DNA from: Balanoglossus misakiensis
Taxonomy: Eukaryota; Animalia; Hemichordata
Assembly (NCBI GenBank): GCA_040954595.2
Contig: CM082592.2
Location: forward strand, 4,790,735-4,854,734
DNA length: 64,000 nucleotides
Reading direction: 5' to 3'
Position numbers and translations under genes: made by a program. Under the pieces are notes generated by a model that did not search any database, was not told the origin of the DNA, and saw only the letters and a list, made by a program, of their open reading frames with translations. Shown in pieces: positions 1 to 12,255 of the stretch; within the stretch, counting starts at the first letter, position 1; the number at the start of each line of letters is the position of its first letter.

Positions 1-455
1 GAATACTCAACTGTACGGCATGCGATGTTGTGGCCAGTCTAAAGACTCGAATATTGCCCAGACAATTATTCCATGATGTGTTTTCTGACAATAGATAAGT
101 AGTACTCATTATAGATATTTGCGAACAGACGACGCGGGGTGTCGTCCTCGGAGACCGCAGTGGGAGATATTTAGTTTTTCATCGAACGCAGCCGTCACAG
201 GTGAAAAGCCAATTTGCTATATAATCATCTCGCCACGGAGGAATCAGTTCAGCTGGCTCTACGTTTAAAGGGATGATTTATATCCTGTTGTTTCCCTTGA
301 AACCGTTGCGTGTGTCTGCCCACAACATTACGTTTGAGTTATTTTTGTCGGTTATAGCTATGACATTTTGCAAACTTGGGTTTCACAGGTTCATGGAGTT
401 TCTGGGACAAATCTAAATATCTCGTTTTCTTCTGGTTTCTTTCCGTTTACGACAG

Positions 456-3092
456 GCGCACGGCGGATGTTCGGTCGGTTGGGTATTCTGAACTATTCAC
501 TCTGTCAAAAGATGACGTTTTGACCGCCATCAAAGATTTTCCGCAGGCGCAGGTAAGGGCGACCGCCATATTGACACCCTCGGGTTCAATGACGTCATTG
601 GAAGTGAAAATACTCTGATGAAGAGATCGGTAGGATTCAATTCTCGCGATCCATAACTCTTTGTTTCCGCGCCACAAAAATAACGCTGTAAAGAGGCCGT
701 GATGGGATAAAGGTGTTACGAGTGCTTTTTGCTTTTTTATATTCGTTACATATGATGAGCTTCTTGCTGTAAGGGGTAAGAAGACATCTGGCAACTAATG
801 ACAAGTCACACAGGAATTCCGACAACTGGAACCCACGAAACGTCCACCGTATGGGCTGAAAGATTGTAGAATTACCCGTATTCCGGTGAAAATAACTGGT
901 TCATTATTGTGTGTTTGTTTCGCTTTTCTTTTCTTTTTGCCAGAAAATTTTAGAAGAATTTGGTCGGAAGCGACTTAAGCACAAAAGATCCAATAGCAAA
1001 GACAACGATGACGAAGTTGGGGCGGAACCCGCATCGTCCAACGACAGCCAGCCTATCGTCGGAGTCACCATAGAGGGCACTTCCACGGCGGGAGGGGGCC
1101 TGGCGTTTGAAACCACAATTGAACCCATCATGGAGTCAGATTTTCGTCGATGGTGAGAAATTTTACACAATACACACTTTTTTATATTGCGAATACCGAC
1201 CATTTAAAGAACTATTGTTTCTTCACCAGTCTACTCTCTAGTCTCTACTCAATGTAGAAATACATGTACATGTATATTCGTCCCCTCCCCCAAGAAGGTA
1301 TAGAAGGTTGGCCCTATATTCAAATACCGCGTGCACGTTTGGAGTTTTCTATTGAGAGCTCTCCACTTTCCCCACGCAGGTCGATGGACCCCGACAGCTT
1401 CCGTCCCGCTGGCCGCATGAGCGAACTGGAGGCCCCGGTCATCACACACCGGCGGGGCAGCGACTCGTCGGACCTGAGCGCCGCCGTGCGGCTGATCACC
1501 GAGGTGTACCCGTCGCCGGTGCCCAGCGACGTCGAGTCGCGGCAGTCGGAGGTGCTCAAGAAGAAGCTGAAGATACGGCGCAGCGGGAAGAGGCGGACGA
1601 GCAACAAGTCGAGCTCCGGGAACGACGACGAGCTCGAGTGCCAGATAGCCGACATTTCACTCAGGGTTCAGTCGCTTCTCCACAAGAAACTGGTGAGTGG
1701 ACGTGTACAGGCCGTTCGAATCAGTAGGCCTAGATCGTAGCAGCGGCGTAGATCGACTCGCTCCCGCGATCCAAACAGCAGAAAGGAAGACTGCAAAGCG
1801 AGTAACAGCGTAAAGAAAATGTATAAGTTAAAATACACCAATCTTGTTTCTCCGCTCGTCTTCTCACCTATTTGGGGTGCCTCGTGCACACAACATAATA
1901 ACTCGCATGTTGACATGACAACAGAGATCGAAGTTAATAGGTCCATACTTTCACTGAATGCAAACTGTAGCCAGTCCGTTTTATCGACACACAAGATAGA
2001 GTATTCTATCCAAACACTCAAATAAATCCAAGTTCTTCTTATTCAGGATGTTATCTAAAAACTTGCGTGTGTGTTGTACAGAAAAGTAAACGTAACGTGC
2101 AATGCAACACAGTGCATAAATAACACGTGACGCTCGTTTTTAGGGAAAGCATTATCAAGAGACCGAACAGCTTCGTCTCAACCTGCAAGATTCTGAAAAT
2201 CATGTAGCGGCCCTTGAATCTTTGAACCAACGGAAAAATAGCACCATAGCGCAGATGGAAGAAAGAATTAAAGTATTGGAAGTATTGGTGAGTGAGTTTT
2301 TTAATTAAACGTGCTATTGATACCACTTGCTGCTCAAGCAAAACAACGTGTGAAGTTTGGGTAAAATGAAATACCAATGGGTTTGCTGACAGTCAGTGTG
2401 TGGGGGTGTGGATTGGCGGATAGTCAGAACGGCCGGCATACAGAAAGGAGAGGGGGAGGGAGGAGGTAGGGAGGTGGGATTGGAGGCAAGGAGGGGTGGA
2501 TATATAGATGGATGGATAGATAGAGCAGGTCTGAATATAATTACGAATGAGAGATTTTGATGAGAGCACCGAGATGCGGCAACGTGTTCATTTGAGATTC
2601 ACTCGCTCTGTTTGGCAGGGTAAGCACGGTCAAGAAACTGGGCGTGTACGCCTGAATCTGCAAGACTCTGAAAGACGAGTGGCGGCGTTGGAATCCGAGA
2701 ACCGACGAAAAGACGCCTTTATTGCAGAGCTGGAAGAAAGGATTAGAACTCTGGAAACCACGGTGAGCGTTTCTGGTCGCAACTATCGTTTTAAGGATGT
2801 AAAGTGTGGAAATTATCCGAGCAGGTTCTTTTCGTTTTCGTAAATTTTACTCCGATGTAGTGACTGTGAGTGAAAATTTTGATTTAAGGTTTGTGGTAAA
2901 GGGGAGTACGATAGAAAAAGCTAAATAATTTGTTTGCGTTTCTTTTTTTCGACCCAAATGCAGGCAGCGAAAAACACGACAAACCTGGGACAACAGGGTC
3001 CTCATCGCGACGGTGACGATAACGAAAGGCGCCCACAGTCGTCGAGAATGAGTAACCGCAGTGTAGAGTTGTTGACCGTAGTATCGAACTAG
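456..3092 (+). CDS. Cyclic-nucleotide-gated (CNG-type) channel subunit, 3' part only (end of CNBD, low-complexity tail, coiled coil)
   Basis: Exon 456-552 encodes RTADVRSVGYSELFTLSKDDVLTAIKDFPQAQ, the CNBD beta7/B-helix signature of CNG channels. Phase-consistent GT-AG exons follow at 944-1152, 1380-1692, 2144-2287, 2619-2762 and 2964-3092 (TAG). The 5' exons lie outside the window. Confidence 0.8.
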
Positions 3093-3620
3093 GGTATTAA
3101 ACCACACCCAAAAACGGAAGAAATGAAGTCAGGAGTGAATTACACACGTTCCGTACACGGCACGGTTACAGGGACAAAGCTTGATACATTTACGTGTAAA
3201 AAAAAAAGGCATACATCCTTCTTTTTTAGGGGGCGCTGTGCCATGGTTCACACCACCAATGGGTTAGGACATGCATGATACTCAATTTGAAAGTATACAT
3301 ATAAATGGCATTTTTTCTAAACGATACTTTGGAAAAGCAGTTGAAAACATCTATAATATAGAAGAAAAAACGATTTTATGATTAAAAACGCCCATGAACT
3401 GAACGGAATATGGAAAATAGTTTTCCGAAAGTATTTTCTTCTACTGTGGGACAGTGCGTATATTACGTATTACGTCTGTTAATTTAAAAAAAAAAGTAAA
3501 CTCACTTTTGCGTTTAATGTTTTCATACACTGTCTATTTTGAAATCTACAATTTTTGTATTTTCAACTTCACGCATGTATTTCGTGGCAGTTTTCACAAT
3601 TTTTCCAACGATATAATCCC

Positions 3621-3646
3621 AGACAGACAGACAGACAGACAGAGAC
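3621..3646. repeat. (AGAC)n microsatellite
   Basis: agacagacagacagacagac directly visible. Confidence 0.8.
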
Positions 3647-4784
3647 ACACCCTTTGCATCATTTGATCAAAAGATATAGTTCAACATTATATTGGCTATT
3701 TTTTGTCTCAAAAAGCTTAAGAAAGCCAATTCTTGTTTACTTTCTAGGCACCGAGGCAGGCAAAGATATCTTTGCTGGAAATAAATTTACCTCCCACACA
3801 CCCTAGCAGCTGTCAGTCATTCAATCGTCACCTGCTTGTTACATGATTGCAATGTCGCTTCATGGCGCGAAAATCCATACATTTATCACCGACATGATTT
3901 TAATGCTGTCCATAGTTACCATGCAATGCCGATGCCAGGCCAATGCGCGCGACTTCACATCCTTTAGTAACGCAGGGCAACTGACAACGTAAGTTTGTTC
4001 ACCGACCCTCGCGAATTCGAAACTATAGTCTTGTCTGAAACACCCGAACTTTGCTCCATGTTATCATTTGTGCCAAATCATGTCAGGCACCGGTCAATAG
4101 TATAAAATCGCCGATCGATCAATTTATGTCTGTATTTGCTTGACGACGACCAACTCAATAATTTTGTTTCATTTTAGTTATCGAAATAAAATGACCCCTG
4201 TCGTCTAATAGTCACTCGAGGACGATTGGTTATCAACCATTTGTTTATTCACTCGGATTTGTCAAAATTATATATCGTTCCGTCTTTCTCACAGTGCTCA
4301 TTAAATGTACAGGGTACCAAACGGATAAAACCTTCATGCTACTCACAAAACGCTTGCTTCTTATAATAAGTACACGTACTATAGAAAACTACGGGAAGGT
4401 TCAATACACACATCTAAATATCTACATATATGTATAATTATATATGTGTCGCACGCAAGATTACGAAAAATTAATTATTTTGTAAATTTGGAGAGAGAAA
4501 AAAACTATAACACAAAGAAATTCTGTCTCATTTCAAGTTGAAATGAATTATTTCAGACATGAATTTTTACATAATTAGTGATAAGTGAAACTCATCAGCT
4601 TCTTCTTTACAATCGGATATCCGACAATTTTTTTTTCATTCAAAGCAGGCTAAGAAAAAAATGTTTCCGTTAACACGACTATACCTAGCTCAACCACTTA
4701 ACCCTAAACTTTTCCTCCTCTCGAAAAAAAATATCTGGCAAGATGTACCTGTAGTAAAAAGTAGAAACTCAAGCGTGATTTCAA

Positions 4785-7316
4785 TTACATTGTTACTTCA
4801 ATGTCCCGCGTTTTGGAGCCTGTTGTACCGCTTGCGGGGGAGATTCCTTCTTCGATGTGCGGGTATGCCTCTAAAGCGTGTTTGATTTCAGTCCGAAATT
4901 GGCCACTACTTTGTTCGTGTTTTTTTACTCGTTCGTACTTATCGGACAGGGTAGCGTGACCCCCCTGCATAAGGGAAACTATCTGTGGTACCAGACCCAC
5001 AGCTGCTGTCAAAAACACCGTCAGCATCGGTGTTCTGTCGAAGACCCTGATTACAAAATACGCAAACATCAGACCTACTATAAACAGTAATATTTTGACG
5101 ACCATGACAACGAATTCGTCGCGAACTGGTCGCAGTTTTTCAAACACAAAGCGAAGAACGGCATCGTGGACGCGGTGGGATACGTTAAGCGCGCCGGCAT
5201 ACGTAACATTCTGGAAAAGCTTTGGGGTACCGGGTGACCTAACCTTAGCTGATGACGCATTCACGAAATCGGTGACATATTCATAATGAGGTTTGTACTT
5301 CGAGTCGTCCTCTAAAAGAACATCAAACGTTTCCTGGGTCAATCTGTAGTAAATCCCGGTGAAATCGTCATAGATTGAGAGTATATAATACAAAATGACA
5401 ATTACTATCGTTACTACGGGTGCAATCACGTCAATGTTCAAAGCTATGCCCATCAACGTGAAAACTAAGAAATACGCGGCTATCCACAAACTGATCAACA
5501 GGACAAAATAAGCCAGCAGCGATACCATGACGAAGAAAGAGACAATGAAAATGATTCTTTTCGTTCGGCCTTTATCGACCAACTGCTTGCTGACTATGAA
5601 TATCAGTATGAAGAAGGATGTTGGCGGTAGGTGCTTAATGAGGGTCCAGAGTGGATGGAAAAGGGTCCTTATACATCCATACTCTTTATCACCACACGAC
5701 CAAGTACTTCTCCTGAGTAGGTTCTTGAACAGGTAAAGCTGAACCTGCTTCATGACCAGCAGAATATTTACAAACGCATGCATGCGTCTGTTCCGGCCAT
5801 GATGTGTGTTCAGAAAATGACTATACCTGTCCGCCACAGTCAGAGCAAATATGCCCGCCTTGGCGTCATTTGCGTCCATGTCTGCCCCGTTGCCACCCGT
5901 GGTCTCCTTCACTTTGCCCTTCCTCTCCGTCGCGCCCTCGTAGTCCACCATTTCGTACGGGCTCTCCTCCATCGCGGGATTGTCCTCTCCGCTGTCACGG
6001 TAGGCGTCACCGTCCTCGTTGTCGGATAAAAGTTTGTGATTTATGCAAAAAAGCTTCCCTAGCTTATCTCTGTATGCCAACATGACGACGACGCTTGACA
6101 GACCGTAGCAACCGTACAGGATACACACTGTCAAGATACGCCAGAGTTCGAAGGGGTATGGCATGAAAATGGCGTGTATTTCGTATTTGGGAGTGGTGGA
6201 GTGACCATTTGAGTGGTGCCAAGCGTCCACCTCTGTGTTGGTGTAACCCAAAAATATTGGTCCGATGATGATCATTAATATCACGCCAACAGGTACGACT
6301 ACAACGAAGTATAACGCTGCGAGTAGTCTCGTTGACAATATCTTGCATTTTGAAGGTGAGGCCTTCGGATAGCGGCCGTTCTGTTCGTCTGTTTCCGAAT
6401 ATTGCCAATAGTTAGCGACGTTTGAAATCGTCACCGGCCGACTGGAGAAGTAGGTTTCGAGACTCGCGCCGCTTACGCAAATTTCTTCCCCGTTGCCACC
6501 CACCAGGAATTTCTTGGACACGACAGGTTGCTCTGATATGCCAGTCGAGACTACAGACCAGCACACGAACGGCAGCGAAAATGTCCACAAAAGCACGGTG
6601 AATACAAGGATTGAAACGCGGGTGGCTGTCAGCCACTCATTCTTCTCCAATTCATCGTAGCATCGTCTGCCCGTGTGCTTGGCTACTTTGCAACACCTGT
6701 ACTTGACCGTCGGGTCCGTTGCTGTACTCTCCAGGAACCGGTGGCACAGAAGATCGTCCTTGGTGTCATGGGTCACGGCGGAAGAGTTCGTCACATTGGC
6801 GATAATCCTGCTGGCCAGCCCAACTTTGCAGCATTCTGAGAGATGGGCAACTTCTCTAGACGAATCGTTGTAGTCGTGGAACCGAATGTCCATCTTCGGT
6901 CCGCGGATGTACAGGGTGTGCAGGGAATAAAACTCGGCCGTGTGGGGTAGCATCAGTAACGGTTGCCCGCCGCTGTCGTCGAGCCAGTGCCACAACCACA
7001 ACCCGTACGCCTCGGCCGTGTTCAGCAGCATGGGGTTGTAACCGTCGTACTCTGGAAACCGCAGCCAGAATCGTACAATGGTAGCGTTGTAATGGTTTTT
7101 CACCAAATTATTGAACTCCTTGGCCAGTGCCTCCAGCGTCTTTTCCGTGTAGACTGTCACTGCACACTCCTCGCCGTCGTCTCCGGTAGCGCTGCAGTTG
7201 TAGTCGAAGCGATAGACGTTCTGATCATCGGTGGCGTTGGAAGTGGCGGCGGCTTCACAGAACACAGCAGCGATGACGCAGGTGCACGTCAGGGTTAATG
7301 CTAATGCCATCCGCAT
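4785..7316 (-). CDS. Intronless uncharacterised multi-pass membrane protein (~843 aa) with signal peptide and Cys-rich, N-glycosylated N-terminal ectodomain
   Basis: Uninterrupted 2.5-kb ORF. The first ATG at 7316 gives MRMALALTLTCTCVIAAVFCEA (signal-peptide-like). NxS/T sites (NAT, NCS, NDS, NVT), a Cys cluster, then about 8-9 hydrophobic stretches. Family not recognised. Confidence 0.8.
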   Translation of the reverse strand: MRMALALTLTCTCVIAAVFCEAAATSNATDDQNVYRFDYNCSATGDDGEECAVTVYTEKTLEALAKEFNNLVKNHYNATIVRFWLRFPEYDGYNPMLLNTAEAYGLWLWHWLDDSGGQPLLMLPHTAEFYSLHTLYIRGPKMDIRFHDYNDSSREVAHLSECCKVGLASRIIANVTNSSAVTHDTKDDLLCHRFLESTATDPTVKYRCCKVAKHTGRRCYDELEKNEWLTATRVSILVFTVLLWTFSLPFVCWSVVSTGISEQPVVSKKFLVGGNGEEICVSGASLETYFSSRPVTISNVANYWQYSETDEQNGRYPKASPSKCKILSTRLLAALYFVVVVPVGVILMIIIGPIFLGYTNTEVDAWHHSNGHSTTPKYEIHAIFMPYPFELWRILTVCILYGCYGLSSVVVMLAYRDKLGKLFCINHKLLSDNEDGDAYRDSGEDNPAMEESPYEMVDYEGATERKGKVKETTGGNGADMDANDAKAGIFALTVADRYSHFLNTHHGRNRRMHAFVNILLVMKQVQLYLFKNLLRRSTWSCGDKEYGCIRTLFHPLWTLIKHLPPTSFFILIFIVSKQLVDKGRTKRIIFIVSFFVMVSLLAYFVLLISLWIAAYFLVFTLMGIALNIDVIAPVVTIVIVILYYILSIYDDFTGIYYRLTQETFDVLLEDDSKYKPHYEYVTDFVNASSAKVRSPGTPKLFQNVTYAGALNVSHRVHDAVLRFVFEKLRPVRDEFVVMVVKILLFIVGLMFAYFVIRVFDRTPMLTVFLTAAVGLVPQIVSLMQGGHATLSDKYERVKKHEQSSGQFRTEIKHALEAYPHIEEGISPASGTTGSKTRDIEVTM

Positions 7317-7511
7317 CTTTGAATATTGTGACGACACAGCTGTGACAAATGTTGAACGTACGAAACCTATACTATCAGTTGTCTTTAGCTCCTGAAAACA
7401 ATGCTAATTCTTTCGGGGTTGTCTGAATTTGCAGAACAACATGCAGAGTCCCTGCAAAGGTGTACAGGAGATTCTGATACGACTTCGCGTATCTCCTGAC
7501 CAAATATCGAG

Positions 7512-7757
7512 GGATCAAGGCCAACCAGCGACGACACCGAGCGTACTGGACCAATAACAGACAAAACGAAAATAACATTTTAAAGCCGATTGCGTTTTCG
7601 CTTTGCCGTTTCCGTGGATACACACAAATGCTGTAGGATCAAAGCCAATCAGCGACGACGTACATCGAGCGTACTGGACCAATAACAGACAAAACGAAAA
7701 TAAGATACTACAGCCGATTGCGTTCTCGCCTTGCCGTTTCCTTGGATACACACAAAC
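7512..7757. repeat. Two-copy imperfect tandem duplication (~120-125 bp unit)
   Basis: ggatcaa..ccaa.cagcgacgac...gagcgtactggaccaataacagacaaaacgaaaataa...gccgattgcgtt...ggatacacacaaa occurs at ~7512-7628 and ~7636-7757. Confidence 0.9.
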
Positions 7758-8332
7758 TTTGCCCGCAACGAGTGTTTGTCTACCACAGAAATCACCGCGG
7801 GCCGTGACCTGAAATTTGTAGTCACGTTCAGACATGAAAACACTTACAGAACACAAACATGAAGCAACAATCAATAATGACATTTTGGGCCTTTCAACCA
7901 CCATGAAAATTGAAGTTCTCTCGACCGTGGAGGCAGCATCTTCTGCGTTCGCAAGCCAATTTTCTCAGAATACTGAGGAACTGGTTCGGAACAACTTAAA
8001 GCCCCATGAACAACTTTGGAGGAAATTTTCATGAAATTTATTTTCAAACCACAGCAGTAAACGGAAAGTTTCATAACAATTTTTGGAGATTCTATCAGTC
8101 TGGTCCAGTCATATCACAGATGTAAAGGTCAAAAGTTTATAGTGGCCATTGAAACAAGCCAAAACTACCACAAAATAGTAAAGTCCACCCCAAACTACCC
8201 ATATGTTGCACTAAACGAGCTAAAAAGAGCCTTATAGGGGAGTAACACTCACAGCCACCCAAAAAGGTAGCGAGAAAACGCATCTGAACAACTTATTGGT
8301 ATACCATTGGAGTGTATACACTGAGGTATGGA

Positions 8333-9165
8333 TAGTCTCGGTTACCCAGAGCCCTCTGCTTCTTCCGTTAGGCACCCCAGAAAGAGGGTCTGGGGAAACC
8401 CGGTAGACAAACCGTCAGGCGGAATCTAGTCTGGTTCCCTGCCCCAATCCCACCGCTGGCTGCGCTACGCTAAAGGGAAAGGGGTCAGGTACGGCCCGAT
8501 TTCACACCCAGAAAGCTGGGTGTGAAATCATAAACCACGTGATCATAAACAAGATGGATGCCTCCAATGTCCGTACGCCAGTCAAGATTCATCCAGACAG
8601 TTTATTTTGTTTCGTTTGTTGTAAAGTTGAAAATCGAATGATAAACATTAATGGAGGTGAAGGAGAGAACGGGAAATGAGTATCTTACAAAAACATATCA
8701 ACTTAACAACTTAATGTTCGTATGTATTGACCAATGAGAGCCATGTTTACAATAGGCCGTGCCTGACCCTTTCCCTTTAGCGTAGCGCAGCCAGCGGTGG
8801 GATTGGGGCAGGGGACCAGACTAGGCGGAATCGGGACAGCTGCGATGCATGACGGGAGATTAATATTCGATACGATATTATGATATGTCGATATTAGAAA
8901 ACTATTTACCGAACTTCTCTCTCTCTTTTCAATTTGTATACAGTTTTAGCAGGTCTAGCACTTCTCAGCATGTTTTCTTTATCGTATGTCATACATGTCG
9001 GCCGTGAGGTTCGCGCGCAGGACGTCGCCATTTTGGAATATTAATCTCCCGTCATGCATCGCAGCTGTCCCGATTCCGCCTGACGGTTTGTCTACCGGGT
9101 TTCCCCAGACCCTCTTTCTGGAGTGCCTAACGGAAGAAGCAGAGGGCTCTGGGTAACCGAGACTA
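8333..9165. mobile_element. Non-autonomous TIR DNA transposon (outer element): TAGTCT..AGACTA termini, ~130-bp TIRs, 9-bp TSD, AcademH-like
   Basis: The TSD aggtatgga lies at 8324-8332 and 9166-9174. The left TIR (8333-8426 plus 8833-8868, interrupted by the inner element) is the near-perfect reverse complement of 9036-9165. Confidence 0.9.
8427..8823. mobile_element. Non-autonomous TIR DNA transposon (inner element) inserted in the left TIR of the outer one; ~70-bp TIRs, 9-bp TSD
   Basis: The TSD ggcggaatc lies at 8418-8426 and 8824-8832. Termini are tagtctgg...ccagacta. An internal palindrome gatttcacacccag-aaag-ctgggtgtgaaatc sits at ~8498-8529. Confidence 0.9.
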
Positions 9166-12100
9166 AGGTATGGATGGTCCCGGTCGGAACTCCACATAGA
9201 GGGCGCAATACGAGATGGGTTCTTGCTCAGTGCTTTTCATGCAAGGCTTGCCAAACCCCAATCTGATTAAAATCAGATGTAGGGAACGGCGACGTGTTTT
9301 TTTTATGCTGTCGCCTCACACTACATCTGACCAACTCCCACTTGGGGGGTCACCTGTGACACCTGCTTAAAGTAGGAGCTTCCCTATAAATAGGGGTAGC
9401 CAACTGGCGGCGTTCACTGTGTAAATTGTCTCTGAAGGGTGAACAGCGGGAATGCATGATTTTCCGAAGTTTTCGACCGCAAAATCCTTCACAATGCATA
9501 CAAATTCCACCATGAATATGTCTCCTACCGACTTACAGGTTAAATTCCCCAGACAGACGCGAATCAGGGGCGATTTTCAGCATGTTTTGGACGTCGACGG
9601 AGGCGAGTCGAGCCCACAAATGCGTTGTCAATCAAACGCTTGTGTAAACTGAAGCGTTAATTGGGCGCATGTTTACGTAATCTCCATCCGCGTGATTCTG
9701 TACAAGCAGTAAACACTTCTAATTGCCCTGCCATCTCCTTATCTGCGTTCTGTAAACTGGAATGTGTGTTCACGAGATCGTAGATTTGCAATTGACTACT
9801 CACTTTTCGAGGTCATGTTTGTAAAAAACATGAGTTGATCAAATCGACGTAAAATTCAAACCTTTCTACGACTACTACTAACACGAAAAAAACTTTCGTC
9901 GTGACACCTGCTTAACTCATTAATTATCTCAGCATCCACAGCAGTTACAGCATTTAAATTTGATGCAATGGATTATCTCTATTTGCTTGGGTCCCTTCAA
10001 TGCTGCTTGCAGCTATAATTTTATTTTGAATTTTTGTATTACTACAAGTAATGACAGACAAAGTCTCTGTAATATCATACATGTTGTCTAAATATGCTTT
10101 TTTTACTACTTACATTAAACTTGGAAATCTATTAACTGAGAAGTCAAAATTTCACACTACAAACAAACCACTCTCATAAAGCCAACGTTCTTTTACTGAT
10201 TTATAAGTTAGACAAGCTCTATGATAAATGCCAAAAAAAATGAAATCAGAATAAGCAATCTGACAATAGAACGAAACAAAAACGACACAAACAAAAAAAG
10301 GAATTGATGTCAAAACACTATCAGGTTGGTAGAAAAAGTGTCAAGTCACTGTATCGAAATTGCTTTAAAATGTCTTCAAGATGGTAAAAAAATGTCTTTA
10401 AAACAGAGAATTCTGTGAACTTCACGTCGATGTCTTAGAACCAAGAGGGTGATCTTCACCGTGTACTTAGAACAGTTTCTGGTCGAGATTTAGCCATGAC
10501 CCCAGTAGTTGAAGCAAAATTCCTTGTCACAAACGAGAAAGCCACCGCTATACAGAAAAAACCAAAGGACTGAACCTGAGACATTTTTGCGTTTTTAGTT
10601 GTTCAAGGAACGTGACTTATGTAAATTTCAGCAGCTATTTTGCTGCCTATCACAGGTGCGCGACGATGGCCGTCTAACCAAGTGTGACAAAGCTGCTACT
10701 TTTCAAGGGAAACCCGCGGTAACATTTCCCTGGGTTCCCACCATTAATGCCATGGCGGTGAAAGGAATAAAGAATATTCCGACTGCAGTCCGCTTCATAA
10801 ACCTTTCCAATCAAAAACACTGATTCGTTGCTTTCACCCCCCCCCCCACCCCATCATCTGTGCATGGTCCAACCCAACCACAGAGAACAATGGGGCTGGC
10901 ACAAAATCACAGTTAAGAAGGGTAGATATAGCATATAGAATTCTCCTATTTAAAGGGCATTTCTCCTCCAGGATTGAATTCCTATGATTATTCCTACTCG
11001 AGTAGGTTATGCTTCTTTGTAAAAAAACATCAGAGTCTAACTGACCACCATAACTCGTACAATGCACCAGTGAAATAAAATTGTCACAAAGATATTCACT
11101 TATGATATATATGATCATAACATGTACAATTTATCAATCTGGGACATACATAAAAATTGAGAAGGCAGTTGATATCTTTGTTCCATATCAAATAAATTAT
11201 GTCATGTTTGCCTGCAAAAGAAGCAATCCTGATAGGCCTACATGTAACTAGAGGATGTTGGGTTTAGTACGTTTTTTTTCTTTCACTGTATTGCATCTTT
11301 GCATAGAGGAAGTGTCTGGATCCAGCAGGGATTTTTGTGTGCGAGTGCTAGGTTAGATAGTGCAATTCCAGACTAGAAGATACGGGACACGCACACAAAA
11401 ATCCCTGCAGTCAACTTTTACTTTTGGGTCGGAAAACATTCAAAACCGAAGAAAGCAGGAGACAGAGGAAAAAGAACAACATCACAAGGTATGTTTTTTT
11501 ACTACAACCCCCCCCCCCCCCCCCCCCCCCGGAAAAACAACAGAAAGTTCACACATTGCAACTACTAAGCCTTTGCAATGAGCCCATCATGTTCCCCTGC
11601 CCGTAGAAATCCCCCACCCCATTTTTTTTTTCATTTTTTGTTATAATAGTATCATCTGGAAGTCAAGGTCAAGATCAAAGGTCACCCAAGTCAACCCCTG
11701 TTAATGTAGAACTGGAAAAGTTGGACATGCCATGTCTGAATACTTAATTGTGGGATTTTGACAGCCTATATCTTGATGTCATGATCACTTTTCAAATAGG
11801 TCTTCTTTTAAAGCTCTTTGTTATCCCGTCTGTTGAGAAAAAAAAAACAGATTCCATTTACGTCACATGTTGAAAATAATGCATAGAAAAAGCCTGACAG
11901 ATTCATTTTTTTGTTAAGTGTATTTACATCAGATATAGATCATATACTCTCCTCTGTCGAGGCACTGCTACTTAACAAGGCAAAGTGACACAGACAGTTC
12001 CACTAAAATAATAGATGTCAATTGGTATACAAGACACACCAGTTGCATGAAAATAATGTCATAAACAGAGCAATTGTCCAACATAATGCAAAACGTTTTC

Positions 12101-12255
12101 GGTGTGGTCACAGAACCAAATGGGGTTGGACATAGCTTTCTAGTTGTTGGTGTTTGTTTGTTTGTTTTTCAAAAAATACACATATTTGAAGAATACTTGG
12201 AATTTCATGTTAAGAAAACTCACCAAGACTAAGTTGTGTGACAAGGCAGGCCTGA

